This document shows positions 36,201 to 45,870 of a stretch of DNA of 64,000 nucleotides, piece by piece. The notes under the pieces were generated by a model. The model was not told where the DNA came from. It worked only from the letters and a program-made list of their open reading frames with translations, and ran no database searches. The stretch comes from Pristiophorus japonicus (lineage: Eukaryota). Every line of letters starts with the position of its first letter. Position 1 is the first letter of the stretch. Location: the NCBI RefSeq assembly GCF_044704955.1, contig NC_091980.1, positions 7,130,001-7,194,000 on the forward strand. Direction: 5' to 3'. Made by a program: the position numbers and the translations under genes.

Positions 36201-39200
36201 CTTGGGCCAATAGAAGGGCGGCCATTTTGTTTGGGCGCAATCTCAATGCAGGTCAACAAGACGGTGCTCACTTCAGCTCTTTCCAGTTTTGGTGGCTTCA
36301 GCCCAGTTAATAGCCGAGCCCCTGATTTTATTTTAACCTGGTATTAACCCGAGTCCGAGGGAGAAGAAAGGAATTTCTAAGAGCACAAGAATTAGGAGCT
36401 GGAGTCGGCCATTCGGCCCTTCGTGCCTGCTCCACCATTCAATGAAATCATGGCTGACCTTCTACCTCACCTCCACCTTTCCGACCGATCCCCATATCCC
36501 ATTGGTGTCCAAAGATCTATCGATCTCAGCCTTGAATCTACTCAACGACTGAGCCTCCACAGTTCTCTGGGGCAGAGAATTCCAAAGATTCACCGCCCTC
36601 TGAGTGAAGAAATTCCTCCTCATCTCAGTCCTAAATGGCCGACCCCTTATCCTGAGACTGTGACCCCTGGTTCTAGACTCCCCAGCCCGGGGGAAACATC
36701 CTCCCTGCAGCTACCCAGTCAAGCCCTGTAAGAATTTTCCATGAGATCACCTTCTGGGAAGTGGTGAGGTGACAGTCTTACCCCACTCCATGTTCAGTAT
36801 CACCCAACGCCGATATACGGTAGACCCAAGGCACTCATGCCCACAGATTAATCTAACACCCTCCAAACATGGTCCTGAGGGGAGGGTGATCAGCCTTGAA
36901 CCCCCCCACCCAATATACAAGACAGTCCAACCAAACCCTAGTACCTCACTGATATTATACTTCAATGTAAATCGGCTCGAGGACACTGGCGACTCAATGT
37001 ACCGAGATTCAACCAGACAGTTACATGTTTGTAAGTCCTTCCAAAAAAAAATCACATTTGTTAGAATCTGCACTCGTCCAAACCGGTGAATGCAGAACAG
37101 CACGGTTCGTGCCTGGATTCTGATTCAAAATCTGTGCCAGCTTTTTCCCGGGCTCGACCGAAAGCTTCTGAGACCCGAAGGACACAAAGAAAGCCCAACA
37201 AGTCCCTGGGGTCCGGAGGTGGAATCAAATTCAGCTCCTGCTCCTGGCCATTGGCCAGTGAACACCCGGGCTGCACAGTCCATGTGTTTTGTGTCTGTGC
37301 ACACGTGTGTGTGAGTGTGTGCTTTGTGCGTATGTGTTTGTGCACTTATGTGTGTGTGTGCTTTGTGTCTGTGTCTGTGTGTGTGCACGTGTGTGTTTTG
37401 TGTCTGTGTGTGTGTGTATGTGTGCATTTGTGTGTGTGCTTTGTATCTGTGTGTGTGTGCATTTAAGTGTGTGTGTGTACGTGTGTGTGTGCATTTAAGT
37501 GTGTGTGCCTGTCTGTACGTGTGTGTGTGCATTTAAGTGTGTGTGCCTGTCTGTACGTGTGTGTGTGCATTTAAGTGTGTGTGCCTGTCTGTACGTGTGT
37601 GTGTGCATTTAAGTGTGTGTGCCTGTCTGTACGTGTGTGTGTGCGCATTTAAGTGTGTGTGTGTGTGTGCATTTAAGTGTGTGTGTGTGTGCATTTAAGT
37701 GCATGTGCCTGTGTGTACGAGTGTGTGCCTGTGTCTGCGTGTGGGGGTTTCTGTGTATGTATGTGTGTATGTGTGTATGCGCGCACGAGTCTGTATGTGT
37801 GTGTGTGTATACATGTGCGGGAGCTGATCGCAGCGCTGCATTCACTGGCGATGCCCCTGCCCGCCGACACCCCCTGTCCGAGGTCCCACATGAAAGATGC
37901 CCACCTGGGAGTCAAGAGGAAAAGAGAGAATGAAGATCTGCCTCAGTTCCCCGAGACCATTTGTCCTTAGCAACATTACAAGTTCTCACATACAAACGAG
38001 CTCCCCCAGCCTGGCGAAACCGGTCAGAACAGAATTAGATTCGACAGAAGAGAATATAAATCAGCAGCTCGCCGGTGACCTCTGGTGGAGGGAGAATGTG
38101 TGTGAGTCTGTGTGTGTGTCCGTGTGTGAGAGTGTGTTTGTGTGTGTCAGAGTCTGTGCGTATCGGTGTTTGAGTGTCTGCGCGTGTGTGTGAGAATCTG
38201 TGTGAGTGTATGGGTGTATCAGTGTGTGAGTGTGAGAGTCTGTGTGCATCAGTGTTTCTGTGTGTGTCAGTGTTTGAGTGTGTGTGTGAGTGTGAGAGTC
38301 TGTGTGCATCAGTGTTTCTGTGTGTATCAGTGTTTGAGTGTGTGTGTGAGTATCAGTGTGTGTGTGAGTCTGTGTGCATCAGTGTTTCTGTGTGCATCAG
38401 TGTTTGAGTCTGTGTGTGTGTGAGTATCAGTGTGTGAGTGTGAGAGTCTGTGTGTATCAGTGTTTCTGTGTGCATCAGTGTTTGAGTGTGTGTGAGTATC
38501 AGTGTGTGTGTGAGAGAGTCTGTGTGCATCAGTGTTTCTGTGTGCATCAGTGTTTGAGTGTGTGTGTGAGTATCAGTGTGTGGGTGTGAGAGTCTGTGTG
38601 CATCAGTGTTTCTGTGTGTATCAGTGTTTGAGTGTGTGTGTATCAGTGTGTGTGTGTGAGAGTCTGTGTGCATCAGTGTTTCTGTGTGCATCAGTGTTTG
38701 AGTGTGTGTGTGTGTGAGTATCAGTGTGTGGGTGTGAGAGTCTGTGTGTATTGGTGTATCGGTGTGTAAAGGTGTGAGTGTCTGTGCGTGTGTGTGAGAG
38801 TGTGAGTGTATCAGTGTGTGAAGCTGAACTCACACACAGACTCACACACTCGCGGATGAATAGGTTGGGTCGGGGGCTTGGGGGGAATTGGCTGATATTG
38901 GTGGGCAGAGCAGCAGCAGAATTATGCTCTTTATTTTCTCAGCCCCCGTTTGATGTAGGACAAAGGGCAAGGGTTGAGCTGCAGCTTCAGGGAGCAGACA
39001 AAGGTCTGAAGGTGGAGACAGAGTCTGAGAGAACTTCAACACTTCAAACAAAAAAAAATTGCACAGCGACTGACTCAGTTTAAAAACACGAGCACAAATC
39101 TGAGCTCCGATCCCGCCCCAAACTTCAGTCTCTCTCTTTGAACATCGAACGGATTGTGTGAGAGAAAAACTCTCGGTTGCCACTGCGGGGAGCACTGAAC

Positions 39201-40532
39201 CAGCGCTGGAAAGTTAGCAAATTACCTTTTGTTCCCTGAACCCGGCGCAACGTGATAACTTTGATGATTCCTGATACCCCTCGATGCGAAGAGCCAAGAA
39301 TTAAAGGTGACAGAGAAAAGAAAGGTCTTGCATTTCAATAGCACCTTTTGCGACCTCAAGATGTCCCAAAGCGCTTCACTTTTTAAAATATACTTTATTC
39401 ATATATAAAAATTTGCACAATACATTGGAAAGCAGTTCAGTACATTTGGATGCAGTCAGCAATACAACCAAAGCACCTTTGAAGTGTCGTCACTGTTGTA
39501 ATGTGGGAAACGCAGCAGCCAATTTGTGCACAGCAAGCTCCCACACACAGCGATGTGATAATGACCCAGATCAACTTGGCTTTTCGTGATGTTGATTGAG
39601 GGATAAATATTGACCTGGACAGCTGGGGGAGGGGCGGTGAATTCCCCCCTGCTCTTCTTCGAAATAGGGCCCTTGGGATCTTTTCCGTCCACGCTTTTAA
39701 TGCATTAACCCTCCAAGTCAAACGCACCATCCCGGCGTGAGACATATAACTAGCCCTTCCTTTATTGTCGCCAGGTCACAATCCCTGGAACTCCCTCCCT
39801 AACGGCACTGTGGGAGCACCTTCACCACACGGACTGCAGCGGTTCAAGAAGGCGGCTCACCACCACCTTCTCAAGGGGCAATTAGGGATGGGCAATAAAT
39901 GCCGGCCTTGCTAGCGATACCCACAGCCTCAGAATAAGTATTTTAAAAAAGATGATAATTCGTGGCAAGATGCAGCAGGTAAGAAGTTACCCTTCGAAGG
40001 GTCATCGACCAGAACCGATAACTCACAAGAACACACGGGAAATAGGAGCAGGAGTCGGCCATTTGGCCCCTCGAGCCTGCTCCGCCATTCAATACGATCA
40101 TGGCTGATCTGATCATGGACTCAGTTCCACTTCCCCGCCCGCTCCCCATAACCTCTTATCGCTCAAAAATCTGTCTATCACCACATCAAATATATTCTGT
40201 TATATAATTTGTTTCACTCTCTCCTTAGATGCTGCCTCACCCACTGAGATTTCCAGCATTTTATAATTTTATTAAGTTACTTGAGGTCTTCAGGTGGTCC
40301 GGCAGATTCTAATCACCAACCAGACCAGCCAAAATTTGATTATTGTAATGTCAGGCTGGGAAGAGATGTCGCCAATCCAGCTCCAGAATTTTACCAATTG
40401 CCCCCACACTAATTAAAAAATACACCTTTACCTCTGCGCTGGGGGCATGCTCCTGGCTTCCACGTTGGGACTGCTGGCAATATCTTGTTGTGAATTGTTC
40501 AGCAAGGCACTCTGCTGCTCATCGGCTGACAT
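5996..40532 (-). CDS. CD74: MHC class II-associated invariant chain (CD74/Ii), spliced gene. Exons 40432-40532, 27411-27580, 24975-25057, 20509-20571, 19498-19593, 17094-17217, 16122-16211, 9024-9224, 5996-6040; terminal exon uncertain
   Basis: Nine exons with AG/GT boundaries and consistent phases (2,1,0,0,0,1,1,1,1) join into one frame. The protein has an acidic-dileucine N-terminus, a type II TM with LIAGQ..QQ, a Met-rich CLIP, a trimerization domain (F..N...LK....DWK / [13 protein letters not shown]) and a thyroglobulin-1 domain. Exon sizes of 63 and 96 nt match mammalian CD74 exons 4 and 5 as I recall them. Confidence 0.96.
6270..6545. repeat. ~58-bp minisatellite, about 5 copies
   Basis: Unit approximately ATTCAATGGGTGGGTAGGGTCCACGATAGGGGAGAGTGTCCATGGGCTGTGGGAGGGT. 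Confidence 0.85.
7462..8897 (-). mobile_element. Cluster of CR1/HER1-like LINE 3' fragments (minus copies at 7462-7903 and 8410-8897, a degraded plus copy between)
   Basis: [22 protein letters not shown] motifs and (TTCTTATG)n tails. Confidence 0.85.
9024..9224 (-). CDS. CD74: CD74 thyroglobulin type-1 domain exon (p41-type cassette exon)
   Basis: [67 protein letters not shown], with P.CDE.GNY...QC and CWCV motifs. 201-nt symmetric phase 1/1 exon; acceptor cttgtgtag, donor GTACGT. Confidence 0.95.
9780..10260 (-). mobile_element. RTE-like LINE 3' fragment (related pieces at ~13120-13450, 18780-19045, 23510-23720, 45880-46060, 52745-53210)
   Basis: W..SIRE...[21 protein letters not shown]-terminal zinc-finger-like motif; shared 3' UTR ...gaagcaagtcatcctcg. 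Confidence 0.7.
11345..12078 (+). mobile_element. HER1/CR1-like LINE, 5'-truncated
   Basis: ORF 11374-11904 encodes the ORF2 C-terminus; TTTTCTATGTTTC tail. Confidence 0.9.
14272..15735 (-). mobile_element. DeuSINE (SacSINE1-like) with an internal 33-bp tandem array (~14979-15633); CR1 fragment nested at 14370-14746
   Basis: tRNA-like head (TGGCTCAGTGG, GGTTCAAGTCCC), Deu-domain-like core, about 20 units of CAGTACTGCCCCTCCGACAGTGCGGCGCTCCCT. Confidence 0.85.
16122..16211 (-). CDS. CD74: CD74 extra linker exon: (G)[33 protein letters not shown]-like
   Basis: Acceptor ttgtttccgtgtgcgacag, donor G|GTAACT. 90-nt symmetric phase 1/1 exon in unique sequence, in frame with both neighbours. Confidence 0.78.
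17094..17217 (-). CDS. CD74: CD74 exon 6: [41 protein letters not shown](G)
   Basis: Acceptor gtctacag, donor G|GTACGC. Has the FE.W...WLLFE signature of the trimerization domain followed by a Pro-rich linker. Confidence 0.95.
17372..18032 (+). mobile_element. DeuSINE with a 33-bp array (~7 units, 17478-17712)
   Basis: Same head, core and tail as the other copies. Confidence 0.85.
19498..19593 (-). CDS. CD74: CD74 exon 5: [32 protein letters not shown]
   Basis: 96 nt, phase 0/0, AG/GT boundaries. Matches human [25 protein letters not shown]; N-glycan sequons NAT, NNS, NDS. Confidence 0.94.
20509..20571 (-). CDS. CD74: CD74 exon 4: [21 protein letters not shown]
   Basis: 63 nt, acceptor gtctcacag, donor AAG|GTAATC. 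The end matches the trimerization helix A pattern (human TEDHVMHLLQ). Confidence 0.9.
20737..22010 (+). mobile_element. DeuSINE with a 33-bp array (~29 units, 20841-21795)
   Basis: Same family; 264-bp higher-order periodicity inside the array. Confidence 0.85.
22310..23125 (-). mobile_element. L2-like LINE 3' part with an internal ~55-bp triplication (22740-22905)
   Basis: [37 protein letters not shown] motif. Confidence 0.85.
24975..25057 (-). CDS. CD74: CD74 exon 3: CLIP region (R)[27 protein letters not shown]
   Basis: Acceptor ttatttcttcag, donor AAG|GTAAAC, 83 nt, phase 1 to 0. Has PKP followed by a Met-rich CLIP. Confidence 0.93.
25512..26380 (+). mobile_element. CR1-like LINE 3' end carrying an inverted 34-bp tandem array (25946-26310)
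   Basis: ORF2 C-terminus, then about 10.5 units of GAGCAGGAGTAGGCCATTTGGCCCCTCGAGCCTG, then the normal tail. Confidence 0.88.
27411..27580 (-). CDS. CD74: CD74 exon 2: transmembrane segment [56 protein letters not shown]
   Basis: Acceptor tctctattccag, donor GTACGT. Aligns with human [37 protein letters not shown]. Confidence 0.95.
27699..28600 (+). mobile_element. DeuSINE with a 33-bp array (~14 units, 27815-28278)
   Basis: Same family. Confidence 0.85.
28965..29608 (-). mobile_element. DeuSINE (3'-truncated) with a 33-bp array (~13 units, 29071-29505)
   Basis: Same family, opposite orientation. Confidence 0.85.
29879..30664. mobile_element. Non-autonomous DNA transposon (MITE-like, probably PIF/Harbinger)
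   Basis: Terminal inverted repeats GGGGCCGAAATTCAGCTCC / GGGGCAGAATTTTGGCCCC (16/19 match); AAT on both flanks (3-bp TSD); GC/CpG-rich noncoding interior with (CA)n at 30259-30290. Confidence 0.72.
30752..32428 (+). mobile_element. Two 5'-truncated CR1/HER1-like LINEs (30752-31566 and 31858-32428)
   Basis: ORF2 C-terminal motifs and 8-bp tails. Confidence 0.9.
32990..34980 (+). mobile_element. DeuSINE with a 33-bp array split by an antisense, internally deleted HER1-like LINE (33320-34390)
   Basis: SINE head plus array to 33319; minus-strand RT motifs [10 protein letters not shown] and FADD; the array resumes at ~34403 and runs into the SINE core and tail. Confidence 0.82.
37280..38850. repeat. 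Two compound TG-rich micro/minisatellites (37280-37815 and 38097-38850)
   Basis: (TG)n interrupted by recurring CATTTAAG or CATCAGTGTTT spacers. Confidence 0.92.
40432..40532 (-). CDS. CD74: CD74 exon 1: cytoplasmic tail [33 protein letters not shown](S)
   Basis: ATG at 40532; acidic dileucine-like sorting signal DEQQSALL; donor AG|GTAAAG, phase 2, fits exon 2; promoter motifs lie just upstream. Confidence 0.88.
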
Positions 40533-40639
40533 TCTGTCTCCTCGCCAACACAAACTCCGCTAAGCTGCTTTTACTGAGCTGTCTGTTCCAGTGCTCCGCT
40601 CCAGACTGAAGACTTCGCTCTTGTACTGAGGCGTAATAA

Positions 40640-40770
40640 AGGCTTTTTTTTTTAATCGCCTCCCAACCAGACTCGAGGAGGAAGTTGGCACTGAGTGGCT
40701 TGGAAAGTCCCTATCGTACTTAGCCGAACATGAGCCGATCTCAAATATAAGCAGCCAGAGTCATCTGTCA
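40640..40770 (-). promoter_or_regulatory. CD74 proximal promoter: X1(3' half)/X2 - 19 bp - Y-like box, NF-kB site, ETS/PU.1 core, A-rich TATA-like element
   Basis: Minus strand: ACAGATGACTC (40758-40768), a 19-nt spacer, GAGATCGGCT (40733-40742), and a perfect kB site GGGACTTTCC (40702-40711). GAGGAAGT on the plus strand (40678-40685). TTAAAAAAAAAA at about 40644-40655. Confidence 0.6.
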
Positions 40771-41830
40771 GCCCTGGCTCATTGTGTGGCGCTCTCTCTC
40801 TCGCCTCCCAATCAGAAGGTCATGTGTTCACAGTCCCACTCCAGAGACATAATCCAGACTGACACTTCCCAGTGGCAGTACTGAGGGAGCGCCGCACTGT
40901 CGGAGGGGCAGTGCTGAGGGAGAGCCGCACTGTCGGAGGGGCAGTACTGAGGGAGCGCCGCACTGTCGGAGGGGCAGTGCTGAGGGAGAGCCGCACTGTC
41001 GGAGGGGGAGTACTGAGGGAGCGCTGCACTGTCGGAGGGCAGCACTGAGGAAGTGCCGCACTGTCGGAGGCGCAGTATTGAGGGAACGCCGCACTGTCGG
41101 AGGGGCAGTACTGAGGGAGCGCCGCACTGTCGGAGGGGCAGTACTGAGAGAGCGCTGCACTGTCGGAGGGGCAGTACTGAAGGAGCTCTGCACTGTCGGA
41201 GGGGCAGTACTGAGGGAGTGCTTCACGGTCGGAGGGGCATTTCTGAGGGTGTGCCACACTGTTGGAGGGGCAATACTGAGGGAGCTCAGCACTGTCAGTG
41301 TGGCAGTACTGACGGAGTGCTGCACTGTCGGAGGGGCAGCATTGAGGGAGTGCCACACTGTCAGAGGGGCAGTACTGAGGGCGCGCCGCACTGTCGGAGT
41401 GGCAGTACTGAGGGAGCGCTGCACTGTCGGAGGGTCAGCACTGAGGGAGTGCCACACTGTCAGAGGGGCAGTACTAAGGGAGCACCTCACTGTCGGAGGG
41501 GCAGTACTGAGGGAGCGCCGCACAGTCAGAGGCACCATCTTTTGGATGACACATTCAACCTGACGGTCCATCTGCTCGCTCAGGTGGATGTAAAAGACCC
41601 CACGCCGCTATTTCAAAGAAGAGCAGGGGAGTTATCCCTGGTATCCTGGGCCCAATATTTATCCCTCAAATAACATCACTAAAAACAAACAGATTAGAGC
41701 TTGCTGTGCACAGATTGTCCACCACGTTTCCCACATTACAACAGTGACTACACTCCAAAAGTACCTCATTGGCTGTAAAGTGCTTTGGGACATCCTGAGG
41801 TCCTGAAAGATGCTATCTAAATATCTTTCT
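40766..41830 (+). mobile_element. DeuSINE with a diverged 33-bp array (~20 units, 40870-41530), abutting the CD74 promoter
   Basis: Same family. Confidence 0.85.
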
Positions 41831-41989
41831 ATAAACTTTACAATTGGCTGTTGGAGAGTGTTCCACCACGGGACTGGTGGAACAGGTTTCTTGCCTTAGT
41901 GAGAGGTGAGCTAAAATATTCCCAGACTCTCGGAGATTGGGGCAGGTATGTTGCTGTTCAGCATGTATTACAAAACAGAAAGGTGTTTA

Positions 41990-43042
41990 AAAGAAAGTCT
42001 TGTATTTATATAGCGCCTTTCATGACCACCGGACGTCTCAAAACGCTTCACAGCCAATGAAGTACTTTTTGGAGTGTGGTCCCTGTTGTACTGTGGGAAC
42101 CACGGCAGCCAATTTGCGCACAGCAAGCTCCCATAAACAGCAATGTGATAATGACCCATATAATCTGTGATTAGTGATGTTGATTGAGGGATAAATATTG
42201 GCCCCAGGATACCGGGAAAAACTATCCCCTGCTCTTCTTCGAAATAGTAGCTGTAGGATCTTTTGCGTCCACCTAAGAGGACAGACGGGGCCTCGGTTTA
42301 ACGTCTCATCTGAAAAACGGCACCTCCGACAGTGCAGCACGCCCTCAGTACTGCCCCTCCGACAGTGCGGCACTCCCTCAGTACTGCCCCTCCGATAGTG
42401 CGCTGCTCCCTCAGTACTACCCCTTTGACAGTGCAGCACTCCCTCAGTACAGCCCCTCAGACAGTGCAGCACTCCCTCAGTATTGCCCCTCCGACAGTGC
42501 AGCTCTCCCTCAGTACTGCCCCTCCGATAGTGCGGTGCTCCCTCAGTACTGCCCCTCAGACAGTGCAGCGCTCCCTCAGTACTGCCCCTCTGACAGTGCA
42601 GCACTCCCTTAGTACAGCCCCTCCGACAGTGCGCTGCTCCCTCAGTACTACCCCTTTGACAGTGCAGCACTCCCTCAGTACAGCCCCTCAGACAGTGCAG
42701 CACTCCCTCAGTACTGCCCCTCCGACAGTGCAGCGCTCCCTCAGTACTGCCCCTCCGGCAGTGCAGCGCTCCCTCTGTACTGCCCCTCTGACAGTGCAGC
42801 ACTCCCTTAGTACAGCCCCTCTGACAGTGCAGCACTCCCTTAGTACAGCCCCTCTGACAGTGCAGCACTCCCTCAGTACTGCCCCTCCGACAGTGCCGCG
42901 CTCCCTCAGTACTGCCCCTCAGACAGTGTGGCGCTCCCTCAGTACTGCCCCTCAGACAGTGCGGTGCTCCCTCAGTACTGCACTGGGCGTGTCAGCCTAG
43001 ATTTTTGTGCTCAAGTTCCTGCAGTAGGATTTGAACCCACAG
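41990..43042 (-). mobile_element. DeuSINE with a 33-bp array (~20 units, 42322-42983)
   Basis: Same family, tail-to-tail with the previous copy. Confidence 0.85.
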
Positions 43043-43204
43043 AGTAAAGGTAGGTAAATGGAGTTGAGGTACAGATCAGTGTCTAATTTATTGCAGGATA
43101 AGTTACACCCCGGTTGCTCAGTTATGTGGGTGTTGTTCCCCCTGCAGAAATAAACACGTTTCCTACTATCCTTGTCGGTCTAGCATCCCCGGCTGACAGC
43201 GATT

Positions 43205-44452
43205 ACACCCCATCAGCGGATGATTCAGTACTCCTTTATGTTGAACACCACTTGAAAGAAGCAGTGAGAGTAGCAAGGGTACAGAACGTACTCTGGGTGG
43301 GGGACTTCAATGTCCATCACCAAGAGTGGCTCGGTAACACCACTACTGACCGAGCTGGCCGAGTCCTGAAGGACATCGCTGCCAGACTGGGCCTGCGGCA
43401 GGTGGTGAGAGAACCAACACGAGGGAAAAACCTACTTGACCTTGTCTTCACCAATCTACCTGTCACAGATGCATCTGTCCATGACAGTATTGGTAGCAGT
43501 GACCACCGCACAGTCCTTGTGGAGACGAAATCCCGTCTTCACACTGAGAACACCCTCCATCGTGTTGTGTGGCACTACCACCGTGTTAAATGAGATAGAT
43601 TCAGAACAGATCTAGCAGCTCAAAACTGGGCATCCATGAGGCGCTGTGGGCCATCAGCAGCAGCAGAATTGTATCCCACCACAATCTGTAACCTCATGGC
43701 CCGACATATCCCTCACTCTACCATTACCGTCAAGCCAGGGGACCAACCCGGGTTCAATGTTGAGTGTAGAAGAGCATGCCAGGAGCAGCACCGGGAGTAC
43801 CTAAAAATGAGGTGCCAACCTGTGGAGAGTATTCCCACACTCCTGACTTGTGTCTTGTAGATGGTGGAAAGGCTTTGGAGAATCAGGAGGTGAGACACTC
43901 GCCGCAGAATACCCAGCCTCTGAGCCGCTCTTGTTACCACAGTATTTATGTGGCTGGTCCAGTTAAGTTTCTGGTCAATGGTGACCCCCAAGATGTTGAT
44001 GGTGGGGGATTCTGTGATGGTAATGACGTTGAATGTCAAGGGTCGGTGGTTAGACTCTCGCTTGTTGGAGATAGTCATTGCCTGGCACTTGTGTGGTGCG
44101 AATGTTACTTGCCACGTATCAGCCCAAGCCTGAATGTTGTCCAGGTCTTGCTGCATGTGGGTACGGACTGCTCCATTATCTGAGGAGTTGTGAATGGAAC
44201 TGAACACTGTGCAGTCATCTGCGAACATCCCCACTTCTGACCTTATGATGGAGGGAAGGTCATTGATGAAGCAGCTGAAGATGGTTGGGCCTAGGACACT
44301 GCCCTGAGGAACTCCTGCAGCGATGTCCTGGGGCCGGGATGATTGACCTCCAACCACCACAACCATCTTCCTTTGTGCTGGGTATGACTCCAGCCAGTGG
44401 GGAGTTTTCCCTCTGATTCCCATAGACTTCAGTTTTACTCAGGCTCCTTGAT
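43205..44452. mobile_element. CR1-like LINE with an internal inversion: endonuclease part on + (43205-43820), RT part on - (43821-44452)
   Basis: VGDFNVHH, LDLVFTN and SDH on +; [10 protein letters not shown] and FADD on -. Confidence 0.82.
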
Positions 44453-45870
44453 GCATGATTCAATCAAGCAGAGTCAACATGGTTTTATGAAAGGGAAATC
44501 ATGTTTGACAAATTTGCTGGTGTTCTTTGAGGATGTAATGAGCAGGGTGGATAAGGGGGAACCTGTGGATGTGGTGTATTTGGATTTCCAGAAGGCATTC
44601 GATAAGATGTCACATAAAAGGTTACTGCACAAGATAAAAGTTCACGGGATTGGGGGTAATATATTAGCATGGATAGAGGATTGGCTAACTAACAGAAAAC
44701 AGAGAGTCGGGATAAATGAGTCATTTTCCGGTTGGCAAACAGTAACTAGTGGGGTGCTGCATGGATCAGTGCTGGGTCCTCAACTATTTACAATCTATAT
44801 TGGATAAACGGATCGAGTGTAATGTGACCAAGTTTACTGATGATACAAAGATGGGTGGGATAGCATATTATGAGGAGAACACAAGAAATCTGCAAAGTGA
44901 TATAGACAGGCTAAGTGAGTGGGCAAACATTGGGCAGATGGAGTATAATGTGGGAAAATGTGAGGTTATCCACTTTGGCAGAAAAAATAGAAAAGCAAAT
45001 TATAATTTAAATGGAGAAAAATTGCAAAGTGCTGCAGTACACAGAGACCTGGGGGTCCTTGTTAATATGCAGGTACAGCAAGTGATCAGGAAGACAAATG
45101 GAATATCGGCCTTTATTGCAAGGGGTTAGAGTATAAAAGCAGAGAAGTCCTGCTACAACTGTACAGGGTATTGGTGAGGCCACACCTGGAGTATTGCGTG
45201 CAGTTTTGGTCTCCGTATTTATGGAAGGATATACTTGCATTGGAGGCTGTTCAGAGAAGGTTCATTAGGTTGATTCCAGAGATGAGGGGGTTGACTTATG
45301 AAGAAAGGTTGGGTAAGTTGGGCCTATACTCATTGGAGTTCAGAAGAATGAGAGGTGATCTTATTGAAACATATCTGATTGCTCCTCACAACTAAAGACT
45401 CTCATTCCTGTATCTTCCAGCCGGGTCTCCCATCTTTCACCCACTGTAAACTCCAGCTCATCCAATACTCGGCTGCCTGTGTCCTAACTCGCATCAAGTC
45501 CCGCTCACCCAACCCCCCGTGCTCGCTGATCTACATTGGCTCCCGGTCCGGCAACACTTCGATATCAAAATTCTCATCCTTGTTTTTAAGTCTCTCCATG
45601 GCCTCGCCCCTCCCTATCTCTGTAATCTCCTCCAGCCCCACAACCCTCCCCGAGATGTCTGCGTTCTTCCAATTCTGCCCTCTTGAGCATCCGTGATTTT
45701 CATCACTCCACCATCGGTGGCCGTGCCTTCAGCTGCCTGGGCCCCAAGCTCTGGAACTCCCTCCATAAACATCTCCGCCTCTCTACCTATCTCTCCTCCT
45801 TTAAGACCATCCTTAAAATCTACCTCTTTGGCCAAGTTTTTGGTCACCTGCCCTAATATGACCTTATGTC
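44453..45870 (+). mobile_element. CR1-like RT fragment (44453-45375) followed by an L2-like 3' fragment (45400-45870)
   Basis: [23 protein letters not shown] and RPHLEYC, then an L2-like 3' UTR. Confidence 0.85.

Noticed and set aside
37125-38845. Cys/Val-rich and His/Thr-rich ORFs
   Set aside because: Translations of TG microsatellites.
41895-41942. X-like CTTAGTGAGAGGTG followed by GAGATTGG as an SXY module
   Set aside because: X-Y spacing is 24 nt rather than about 19-20, and the X match is weak.
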